In this document: piece by piece, positions 12,403 to 23,082 of the stretch
Position numbering within the stretch: position 1 is the stretch's first letter
Layout: every line of letters starts with the position of its first letter
Assembly: GCA_000934665.2 (NCBI GenBank)
Contig: KZ538857.1
Coordinates: 1 to 44,338 of the forward strand
Source: Catajapyx aquilonaris
Taxonomy: Eukaryota
Reading direction: 5' to 3'
DNA: 44,338 bases
Made by a program: the position numbers and the translations under genes
Notes under the pieces: generated by a model
Told to the model about the DNA's origin: nothing
Databases searched by the model: none
The model's input: the letters and a program-made list of their open reading frames with translations, nothing else

Positions 12403-13898
12403 ACATACAAGCAATTTGATTGCCTCCTAACACTGTGCCATGTTTACCATTGCCACATCACGTCGGACCTGCCATACTGTACCTATAGAAGTGATATTTG
12501 CGTGAAGTACCGGGCCTGGTAACAGTCAGTAAATAAATAAAATAGGCAGAAATAGGCCGGCTTCCTCTCTCTCTCTCTAAGGCACGACACTTGCAAAGGG
12601 AGCGGTCATCACAAAAGCGCCGGTACAGTACATAGACTATTGATTGTCCTCACGGCCAGCGCAGTGTCGGACCGTAATTAGCCACGTCGCAGACACTCTT
12701 TTAATCGGCCGCAACAGGCGCAAAAATGGTCCCCAAAAGTTGCGACTGAGCCAAAAATGGTCGTATACCTGCACCTGTCAGCATTCACCTTCACGCCGTT
12801 TGTCACCATGCCTTAGAATCCGAGTCCCACGGAACGTAATTAGGAGGCAATCCCATACCCTAGAGTTGGAAATGCAGTAGGATGCGAATCCTGCACCGCA
12901 TGTCAATTCCGGTATGAAGTATAAAGGATCGGACGTCGTCGTCAGGCGATGAAGCGCGAAACGGCGGAAGGATAATGAAGCAGTTGTGTATAATTGGCGT
13001 CGGGGATTGGGATAGGAGGAACGCAAAGTGTAATGAGGGACTGTCTAATTTATGCCTGCGCTTCTCAGTCCCCCTATTCAAGCGGATTCTGCAGCATCGG
13101 TACAGAACAAGGGAGGACTAATGCACCGCTCTGTATTTGGGACAAGAAAAGCAATAAGTATCAAAAGGTATATACTTAAGATGAGGAATTTTGCTTTGAT
13201 CTGGAGGGCTTTTGTGTTGGAAAGTCTTGGAAGTCGGATGGGAAACAAGGGGACTGCATTTAAAAATTAGTAGCGATGTGGAGCTCAGGAGTTTGTATTC
13301 ATGGGCACAAAGGGAAAGGATTTTTAAAACTCAAGTTGGTTGGAGTTGTTTGCCAAGCGGCAGGTATTCTGTGACTGGTTTTAGTATGGAAAGATGTAAG
13401 AAGCAAAAGTAGGTTTTGTAAATTGTGCTTTCAGTCGAGGCTGTTCTCTACCTGATCATCAGCATTTTTTTTGTTTTGTACTATAAACCATAGGCTCTCT
13501 AGCAGTCCGGTGTAACGCACTGCAGTATAGCTTGAATAGGAGGACAAAATTATACCTGCCGTACTGTACAGACGATATTTCATGTTAACTATTGTACTGT
13601 AAGATTTGAAAACGGTCTATACAGTATACCGTACTGTATATAGTCTATACCTTGCCTATTACTGCTATTAGTAACAGTTGGATGAACATTGGCATACGTC
13701 CGAGATAATAAAGTTGACATGACGTCAGTGTATGTAACAAAATATCGGACGTATCCTGCACGCTATGCAACCAACATCACCTGTCAGAAGATACAAGCCG
13801 ATACAATTCTATAAGTCGTAGCATTTTGGGAAGGAGTGCTTATGGTTGCATATCGCCAGGATAGGTCTGACTATTCTGGGGACAGATAGTACATTATA

Positions 13899-14336
13899 CA
13901 GGGTGTAACTGAACTCAGTGCACAGACGTGTATGACTGCCTTCCTAGGCACCAGAGGATCGATTTAGGTAGAGTAGTCATTATGTCTGGGCCGCCGCATT
14001 ACCGAGATAATCGACCCACCTGATAGTTAGCGATTTGGCTAAAGAGTGATTTGTAAATAGCAGTGAAAGTGCCAGTGCTCTTAAAAATTAGCAGCGACAT
14101 TCAGAACAAATTGAAATTACAAACCACAACACAACGTTTTTGCCTAATCGCTCCTTCTGACTGGGGGAGGGTTCGATGGGTGGCCTAACCGACAGGATAT
14201 TTTGTACTACATGTTTGGGGGCAATTATCTCGGTAATGCGGCGGCCGACATAATGACTCCTCTACCTAAATCGATCCTCTGGTGCCTATAGGAAGGCAGT
14301 CACGTACGTCTGTGCACTGAGTTCAGTTACACCCTG
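13899..14336. mobile_element. Tc1/mariner-superfamily MITE (438 bp) with 113-bp TIRs
   Basis: TIRs at 13899-14011 and 14224-14336. The outer 31 bp (CAGGGTGTAACTGAACTCAGTGCACAGACGT) are perfectly inverted, and the rest differ by about 4 substitutions and 2 small indels. TA flanks both ends (13897-13898, 14337-14338). CAGGGTG termini plus a TA TSD are characteristic. No transposase inside. Confidence 0.93.
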
Positions 14337-14806
14337 TATAGGCCTAGACGATTGTGTATGAAACAGGAATCACAATTATTTACAACTTCTTGTTATTGGT
14401 TAGGATTATTCAGACTTACGATCAACTGTAACTGGTGACTGTGCAAGTTATTTTGCTTAAAAAAATTATTGCATACCATCACCAAATACTGTACCCTTCA
14501 GCTATACAGTACAGTTTAAAAACCAGAAGAGAGTATTGATAAATGATATTCTGTTACGCTACAGCAAGATTCGCGTAATTGATTTCTTACCATGCAATTA
14601 AAGCTGAACCAAATAGGTGTCACCAGGACTTGAGAGGATCGACAATGGACCTGTAATTGGAAATAGGCTGTAACCTGGAACTTGGGAAGGCCACGGTTCC
14701 TAAACTTTGGCGCAGTTGAGCTGACCTCAGACCGTGCAATCCACGTGCCGAATGAGATTTCGTCCCAACACAGGAGACCCGCAGTATTGGCAGTCTCCGG
14801 GAGTCC

Positions 14807-14825
14807 CGTCGCGTCGCGTCGCGTC
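14807..14825 (+). repeat. Short (CGTCG)n pentanucleotide repeat
   Basis: cgtcgcgtcgcgtcgcgtc, about 4 units. Confidence 0.7.
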
Positions 14826-16567
14826 GGATAGAGAATACCGCGGCCCTATTCTTGGAACCCCAATTAAGACTCGTTTGCCGTTGTAGTTTTGTGGGGAACT
14901 ACCCATGCGTACGGGACCAGTTTCGCTTTCATCATTTGCTCCCTGGGCGTTTATATTAAACTTGCGGAAATATGCTAATCAGCACTTAAATAAGGCCGTC
15001 GCTTCAGTTGCCTAGATATTAACTCGTCAGTCGGATAGTCGTAAATGAACCTAATGTGTTCATTTTTCTTCCATGCATGGATCATTTATGAAGTGAATGT
15101 TTGCTGGGGTTTCTAATTATATCCTGCTAACTATCAGCGGTCATATTACCGCGTACAAAGTCCGTAGTGAGGAAAGAATTACTTGTTAATTAAATGAAAA
15201 ATTTATTGCGAGTTCTGTTCGAGTATACGCTCGAAAAGTTTGAGATGTGATTTCCGTAGATTGTGCATATGAACAGGGATGCCAAAGGAAGTTTTTGGCA
15301 TGCAGAGAGGAGGGAGACGGAAGCAGGATCAATAATGCAGGAGCCATAACAAGTGAAGAAGGTGCCGTTTGTTCCTGCTAATGTACCATCCAAACTCGAG
15401 CCTGTCTCAGTGTCGTTCAATATGCGTTTTATCTTCTCGGGAGTGCACAGATTACACTTATCTCCTGTAAGGAGGCAGGTCTCACCGAGAAACTTCTGGA
15501 ATATCGTGGGAGCTGTTTTGCTTTTTGTATTATATAGTGTACACGCGTGTGAAAGTTGGTTAGCTTATCTGCTTATAGATGAGAAGTTATTTGTCACGAG
15601 CAATGTTGATAAGTGGAATGGGATTGTTATCGACGAGTTATCCACACAGATTAAGAGGATTGGTTCGCAGGCGCTTGCAACTAGTTTGTTGCTGATACCA
15701 AATGGCTTTTATTATACGTTCATGGGGACAAACAATGCGGGTGAAAGCAGATATGTTAAGTTCCTTCTGATATTCCCTATTGTTTTATAATGGCGATTGC
15801 CTTCATGGTGGTGCAGTACATGTAGCAACTAAATCAATGGCATATAGTCAGTGTATACGAATTCTGGAGGAAAATGATAGCATTTTTTGTTTTTTGCATT
15901 TGGTTTGAGATAACAGATACAAGCTATCTTACTAACAATCATACTGGGATGCACACAGTGAGTATCTTGGAACTAAAAAAAGGTTAGAGCATTGGTCACA
16001 TATTCTTTCTCTCATTTATGCGGAGAAGCACGACTCCAGTCATAATCCATACTACCGGCAGCCATAATTTCATGCCTGGACAGCCCGTGTTTATTCGTGG
16101 ACAAATGTGATTATATGACCATGTGATGGAAAAGCGAACCGTTTTTTTTTCTTCCCCCGAACCGGGACTAAAGCTACCCTCCCGGTTTTTCCACAAACGC
16201 CGGGCGAATGCAAAGCTGCAGCAACGTGCTCGGCATTTTTACTGCACTGCAGAAAAGAGGTGTACTCAAATATTTGCTGGGTGCAGCTTGGGGAACACAC
16301 CGATAATGTGTGTTCCCAACGAAAAGCAGATAACCAACAGTTTTTTTTAGCGGGTTGCAAATTAAAGCTTGCTTTTTGAGTCTTTGAGATGAATCGGTAG
16401 GGGGGCGATTTCCCAAGGGGAATCGAGGGTTTATCAGATAGTAGCACCACTTCATTTGGGACTTGGTGGAAGGAAGGTGTACGGCGATCGAAAGGGTACC
16501 CCGGCTGGCTACAAGTACCCTGTCATATTCTCAAGCCTGAGACATTTTCTGGCAGCTTGCCATTTTT

Positions 16568-17070
16568 TAACCGGATCGAACCGGTTGGGCCCTATTTCCT
16601 AGCCGGTTGGAACTGGTTAGCCAGGACTCCATTTTAGGGCTCTGCAGTCTCGAGCATTTAATTTAGTTCAGTTTTAATTTAATAAATTTGATTATTTAAT
16701 TGTTAGCTACATTGTTGATGAACAGCCTTACTTTGGTTCTGTCTCCATCTGTACCACCTTTGTGTCTTCCAATAGCCATAGTTGCTTTGGCTCTTTCTTT
16801 AATAAACTAAACCAAACCAGACAGTCATTGCCCATTGACGTAACTTGTGGACATAGGAGGTAACTTACCCTGACATGGTAACTCCATGGTTAAATTGCCT
16901 CTGCTGCCAAGACTAGCCCTGGAGAGTCCGGGTCAAAGTGGCCTGGCCCTATTTCCTATCCGGTCAGAATCGGTTAGACCTATTGGCCTCCTAACTGGAT
17001 CGAACCGGCTGGGCCCTATTTCCTATCCGGTCGGAACTGGTTAGCCAGGTTGCAACATGTTTTCAACCGG
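16568..17070 (+). repeat. Direct-repeat cluster: two 58-bp copies plus a partial third
   Basis: 16568-16625 and 16992-17049 match at 54/58. A partial copy lies at 16945-16977. 17050-17069 resembles the sequence just before copy 1. Confidence 0.85.
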
Positions 17071-17199
17071 TAGCACAGTCCCCCGATAACATTTTAGGTT
17101 TGTTAGGGTCCGTCCGCCTGCGTCGCATCCCACGGGATAATCAGCCTAAAAGGTGTTTGTGACGCCGTGAATGGGCAAGAGCTACCGGTGAAAGCTCCG

Positions 17200-17414
17200 T
17201 GACGTCATTCAAAAGCACTTGAATAAAGCAGCGCTTTCACGGGATTCACGTGCCCGACGAAGAATATAAACCCGGTTCTCCCCAAAATGGACCAGCTCGG
17301 CCCCTGGTCTCCCACCAACACGACGCCGCATTTGCATATGTCGAAACATGCGGATTTTCGGGAAGGAGCTTTGCCATCCTTGCTCTGTCGGACCTGGCGT
17401 GTTCCATGGTAAGG
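17200..17414 (+). promoter_or_regulatory. CpG-rich candidate promoter / first exon
   Basis: CRE palindrome TGACGTCA (17200-17207), TATAAA (17265-17270), caaaATGG (17287), octamer ATTTGCAT (17330-17337) and donor-like ATG|GTAAGG (17409). No downstream exon could be linked. Confidence 0.25.
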
Positions 17415-17545
17415 CTTCTTGGGAGGACTCTTGGGTCCTTGCCAAAATCTTCGGGGGCGCCGCCGGGAAAGCTGGTAGGGCGAAGGAATCGATCTTTTTG
17501 TGGCGGCGGAAGAAGCGGCCTTTGTCGGATTATAGGACGGGGACG

Positions 17546-17585
17546 NNNNNNNNNNNNNNNNNNNNNNNNNNNNNNNNNNNNNNNN
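17546..17585. other. Assembly gap (40 N)
   Basis: Seen directly in the sequence. Confidence 0.98.
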
Positions 17586-18631
17586 TATATTACATTGATG
17601 GGTAAGGAGGGAGCTAGTAGGGACATTGAGAAACGGGAATATTAGCCAGGGGTCGAGGGGGAAATGTAACAGACAGCAAGAGATTGGGTGAGTGTGGTGT
17701 AAGGGGGGTGATTCAATTGTCGACATAGGACGGTTCAAGGAAATTGAGCGGATTTACAATAAGTTGCATTAACACTATTGTTTGGAAAAGGCAGTACTAG
17801 GTGTGGGTTTTGTTATGGTAATATTGCCACACCCTTGCGTGTGCTGGGTTGCACCTACGGGGGATGTGATTATGATCAAGCACTTTGGGTCGTTCAGTGT
17901 GCGATTTATCAAAAGCGTTTTGTTCACGCGTGGTTTTGAATTTCAGAGAGTGGAACTTTAGGTTCACCGAGCTAACTTTTTTTGCCCGCTCAGTTGGAGT
18001 GGCGGCCGAATTTTCATTAGATAAATGCTGCGAAAAATATTCGTTTTTGTACTGCAGTTTTATAAGAGCCGATCACTGTCCGGCATGTCGAACACCAGAT
18101 GATGGACCGCAGTGCATACCGGTATCCCGCAACTGCAAAAATATATGGCCCACAGCCAAAACCTGCCTGGAATCAACGTGGCATTTTATCAATGCCCGAT
18201 CTATACGTAGGTCTTTTAATCAGCCAATGCACGATAGATTAGCCCCCCCCCCCCTACCTCCCAGTGCCACCCAACCTGACTGCTCATTTTTAAGCATTAG
18301 ATACAAGTGTGTAATGATTAGAACCAGGTGAAAAATGTCAGAGGGCTAAACGGTGGTGAGTTTGGATATTCCCCTGGATAGGGAAGCCCACTCTGTTATG
18401 CATCAGAGGATATTTTGTGCCGAAAATCGATAGGACGAGACAGGGAGGGGGTGGTGGAAACAGGCTAGAGGGCCCTCTGCAGACTCAGGAGCAGCACCTT
18501 TTCATCCCAGTGCTCTTCAGGGCCTACATTCTGCGGTTCTGTACGTCTTGGCACATGTTCCACTGGGGAGACATGGAAGCCGGTGTTAGATATCGTTGCC
18601 TCCTCCAGGGAATCCAAAATCCGCGGAGTAC

Positions 18632-18670
18632 AGATGGCGCTGTCAGTCTTTCTCGCACTCAGCGCCATCT
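18632..18670. repeat. 11-bp GC-rich inverted repeat upstream of the (AAT)n tract
   Basis: AGATGGCGCTG (18632-18642) and CAGCGCCATCT (18660-18670), 17-nt loop. Confidence 0.8.
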
Positions 18671-18698
18671 CTCGAGGGCCACATCGCGAAACCAGCAC

Positions 18699-18700
<2 letters not shown>

Positions 18701-18751
<51 letters not shown>
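18701..18751 (+). repeat. (AAT)17 microsatellite
   Basis: Perfect trinucleotide run. It produces the poly-N and poly-I ORFs in the track. Confidence 0.97.
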
Positions 18752-21700
18752 TCGGACAAATACGGTACCTGTAAAAGGGGGAATCAGAAATGATGGAGAC
18801 GCAAGACAATTATAAACAAAAATTGGCCTAAAACGTGACACATAATTAGACAACATTCAAGGTAACGTTGATAAGATCATATTTATTTATTTATTTTCTT
18901 ATTTGTTTACGTATTATAGTGACCTAATGTGCTCTTACAGGCAGAAAATCACCGTCGCTTTGGGTATTTGGTATCCCCATTGTGTTTTCCTGACTGGCTT
19001 CCGCATTGTGTAGCTACAGTACACTGTTGCGACCCTGAGGGAGTCAAAATTGAGAGTAGATATGGCTCTGACAGACTCATTGTGTATTTGCATTCATCTT
19101 CACTGTATTACGTCCCGTATAACTTTCTCAAGGGAATGAAAGACCGAGAGCATGTACCGTGCGCCTTATACAAGTAGTCCGGACTGGTTTTATAATTGGT
19201 TGGGACACGGTTCCACGTTATGAGGGTATTCCATTCCAGGCTTGGGTTATTATTAGTAGACGTGGGAGAAGCGGAATCGTCCCCGGACAATATGAGACGT
19301 GCTTGAAAATGGGGGTAATTTCAGTGGTGCCTACTAGTTCAAGGCGCCACATCTTCCATCTGAAGTGCACACGGTTGGGTAAATTGCGCCTTTTGGCGAT
19401 GACAACCTTCTCTCTTTTTTTGAGGTTATATCCCGAGCACTTGCATCACCTCTAGTTTTACCTCTGATGAGTTTTCTGGACTTTTTTTCTGCACTTTCTT
19501 CCAGCCTCCTTTCCGCTCCGATTGAGGTAACCTGGAAATAAGGCTGTGGCGCCACCTGGGATGTCTTTGAAGTGGCACTTTTAAATATAGTCGGCGGCAG
19601 GGAATTTATCTTGGGTTCCGCTGTGAATACCCAGTTAATAGTCTCTTGGAGACGACTGATGAACTTTGGCTGCACGGTTCCGGAATCGTGGAACTCAATC
19701 TTATTAGTCGATATTTTAATTTAAGGGGAAAGTTACCATCTAAATGTGACTATTGCAGTGATGTACGGACTGTAGAGCTCGGCAGTGGCTATCACTGATG
19801 GTTAGTGGAATACTTGATGAAAAATTATGGCAGGTTAGGATTATTATTTTTTTTGTCGGAATGTCGAAAGGATTTTGCTGAAAGAGATTGACATTACCTT
19901 AATGTGAGTGTGCAGGAAGACCCGTAGGGTAAAGAGGACTGCGGCTTCTGTACTGTACAAAACCGACTCCTGAAAAGCAGAGAAGTTGACGGAAAATCGG
20001 TCTCTAAAGACATGATTTGCGTTATTTATTAATGCACGGTTGTGAAAGGATGCTCAGGAAGTAAGGTTTCAGGTCTTTTCTGGAAAGGAATAAAACTTGG
20101 ATGTTGTGCAGGGATGATGGAGCGTCGTTATAGCTCCGACGAATGATGGAAGGTCTTTCAGGGCTTGCCACGCGTAAAAGAAGTATTAATTGCGACGGCT
20201 GAAAGCGGATACTTTTTGGGTTCTCTTGGGGGATATGACCAACGACTAGAGTGGAGCTTTTTTCCAGACTTCGCCTCAAGTTGGGATCATGTCTCGGGTC
20301 GGAAGCTGCAAATGGTATTGGGGGTGTTGGTGGGGGGCTTGATTGCCTGATCTCTCCTGAGAGCATCCGACCAGGGAGCACTCTTCTTCAGAAAAACCTC
20401 AGTTGCACATTCTGTCATGTTTGCAACGTCTCCAGTAAATGACCGAAGAAAAGGGAATCCGGGCAGAAAAGTTTCTCTCGGAGGGATGACGGTTTTTGTA
20501 AAGGTGTGGGTCGTAAATCAAGGCCTGGTGGGTTTCATTGTGGGGACCACAAAAAAGGAGGAAAATATCTGTGTCGGTGGTCTCCCCCATGTTTCATGGA
20601 AGACACTTTCAGGACGGGATGGCGGGATGGGGGGATTTATCAGATAAGCCGAAAGTCACATTGTGTGTTACCTGCGGCATACGGATGGAAATACCCGGGA
20701 GCAGGAGTGCGGAAGGGAAACAAATTGTGTGATTTGTCAGTTTTACAGGAATGCTTCAAGAAGAGAGATCCAGTCAATTTGGACACAATGCAGCATATTA
20801 ATAGTGTCAAAAATAGCTCATAAGGGTTGCGCACTACTTATGTGTGAAGCTGAAGACGTGGAGTAGGTTTAAGTACATTTAGGTACTAATCAGTTAACAT
20901 ATGGTATATTCAGACTAGTAATGCTCTCTTGGCCTACATCAGAGACACTATAGGTGTGGAAATGCCGGTGATAAAAGACTATTGCGAAAAGATCTGATAT
21001 GTGTCAAATTGTGATCAGCTGTGAAAAGCACTGGACACTCGATGCTCAGCTACTGAATGAATGTTTTGACTAGATTGTACCTATAGGCAGAGATTAATTC
21101 ATATCAGCCATTAGTGAACAGAAAGGTACCGCTCATTACGTAAGATTGGAGGACATATGAAACCGCCTAGCACCGCCTAACACATACTAGTTTAAAGATC
21201 GTGAAGATATTGATGAAGTGTTTTGAGCAAGCCGTGGTCTGGCTCATACCGACATTCAATTGTGCCACTATTGATGTAATAATTAGCCAAGTTAATAATT
21301 TCGTGCAAAAGTAAGTAAACGGTACTGTGATGATTGAGCCCCGCAGAAACCTCCAGAAAGTTCTGTTTGATAATCGCCTTTTACTACCGCAAGGCATTTG
21401 TTCTTTCCGGCTTCCATTATTTCCTTCTTGTTTACGACCATGAATTGATAAACCCGGGCGAGCCCTGAACTCGCTATTCTCTGCGTGGTCGACACACGAT
21501 TTGAATGCATTGCGTTATCTTCATGGCACATACCATCCCGGTACTCAGATTACCTTGGCCGAATTACGTCTAGCAGCCAAGGCTTCCCCAGTATGTTGTG
21601 CCAGGTCAGCACAAACTCTCAACTCAATGGAGGCGGCTAAAGTGGCGGTATTCCAAGAAATTCCCCCAATGGACATTCCTTCGGGAACACTCTCACGCAC

Positions 21701-22127
21701 TGTTTAACGCCAGATAGTTCCCTAGCTATCAGGAAATGAACGCGGGGGGATAGTATGGGTATATACCGAACGTGCTTATTCCAAGGCCGGTCCACAGGTG
21801 CGTGTTTATTATGACATTCCCGACTCGGAACAATGGTCATAGAGATGTGTAGGTCCGACTTCTACGTCACTAGACAGCTACTTAGAATGCTACTTCCCCA
21901 CCCCATTCCCACCCTCACTTCCTCCATTCTCCAAAGGGACTCTCGGATGAAGACCTGGATACATATCAATTATGTAATTGCCGTGTAAGTGGAAGCAAAC
22001 TGCCGGGGAGATCCTTCAGAATGTCTCTGGAGGCTCGGGCCATGCTCGGGCCTCCCTAATCTCCATTACCGGAATGTAATTTTCCTGCGAGGCTCTTAAC
22101 GAAATCTGCTACTCTGGGAGTTGCTGG

Positions 22128-22482
22128 CTATGCAAGGCCTAGAATCCGCGACTGGTTGTGACCAACCAGTACGGAGCCGGCGTTGGTCCGGTCACATTTC
22201 GTCAGCAAGATGCGGAATTCGCCTAACCTTTGACTATATACGGAGTGATCGTGACCTTGCAGTGTGTCAAATGCGTACCGCACAGGGCCTACCCGGGGTG
22301 AAGCCAGCAGGTAATGCAGGTGTACATTTACATCAGAAGTGCCACCAGTTCTGCCGTCACCCCCCTGCCGATACATATCCAGCCTATTCTGTGATTGGAA
22401 GGCATATTTTGATAAGAGCCGGCCGGCAGTGAGCAGTACTCACCTGCATGTGACACCCACACCACAGTTCGGCCTTGGACAT
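22128..22482 (-). CDS. Hypothetical two-exon ORF, join(22444..22482, 22128..22388) on minus, 99 aa, MSKAELWCGCHMQ|NRLDMYRQGGDG...
   Basis: ATG at 22482, consensus donor CAG|GTGAGT at 22444/22443, 55-nt intron, acceptor CCTTCCAATCACAG. Splicing joins in frame to the listed ORF 22128..22376. No homology recognised, so it could be non-coding. Confidence 0.3.
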
Positions 22483-23000
22483 CGTCGCGTTCGGTTAGAC
22501 GGTCGCACGTAAGTTTTACGATGTATTAACCAGACTCCGTAAACATACCACAGCCCGCCCTTATCCGTCATATTAGCTCATGCGTGGTTCAGCAAATTTA
22601 GCCAGCGATTTGTAATCTATCCATTAGTAATCAGTTCTACTTGCGCTTTACGAGATATGACGTGATCGGACAGACTTTCCGACGTCGGGCGGGGGCCGGT
22701 TGGTTGTTGCTTAATTCGAGCATCTGGCTTCGCGGTTTCAGGGAGAAAAAAAAAACGGGGGTAAAAAGTCGGGGGTATTCGCGGTAAATTCGCTCAGTGC
22801 AAGCGGAGCTGTGGCCATGATTTAGACGCGAGGTGGCTTGGCTCAAGCAGGGTTTTGCACCGTGCGACATTCGAGTGTTCCCAAGGCTGCTGATGGCAGT
22901 CGATGGGGTCTTTGAGTGCCCCGCGTTTATTGTGCGGGTTCGTCTTCTGTAGTGTGGTGTGACCGACCGTCCGTCTGTGGACTGAGAGCTGGAGGAAAGC

Positions 23001-23082
23001 ATGACGACCACTACGAACACCGCCAACACCAATACCACCACTACGTCCAATTCGCACACCTACACCAAGGTGCCACTCGATG
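23001..23082 (+). CDS. Probable first coding exon (MTTTTNTANTNTTTTSNSHTYTKVPLD + 1 nt, phase 1) of a gene with long introns
   Basis: agcATG start, codons mostly ending in C/G, Thr/Asn-rich low-complexity N-terminus, donor ATG|GTGAGT at 23083. It follows a CpG-rich leader with Inr-like TCAGT (22794-22798). Product not identified. Confidence 0.55.

Noticed and set aside
16568..17049. Direct repeats as a CRISPR array or LTR pair
   Set aside because: Only 2-3 irregularly spaced copies of 58 bp, with no TG...CA ends, PBS/PPT or cas genes.
17205..17738. Long ORFs, including the 177-aa one
   Set aside because: They read through a 40-N gap, so the frames are artefactual.
18417..18856. Poly-Ile and poly-Asn proteins
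   Set aside because: These are translations of the (AAT)17 microsatellite.
23062..23082. KVPLDG as the PDGG motif of a monocarboxylate transporter (SLC16)
   Set aside because: I found no downstream exon encoding the required (W/Y)GW and first TM helix, so no gene symbol is assigned.
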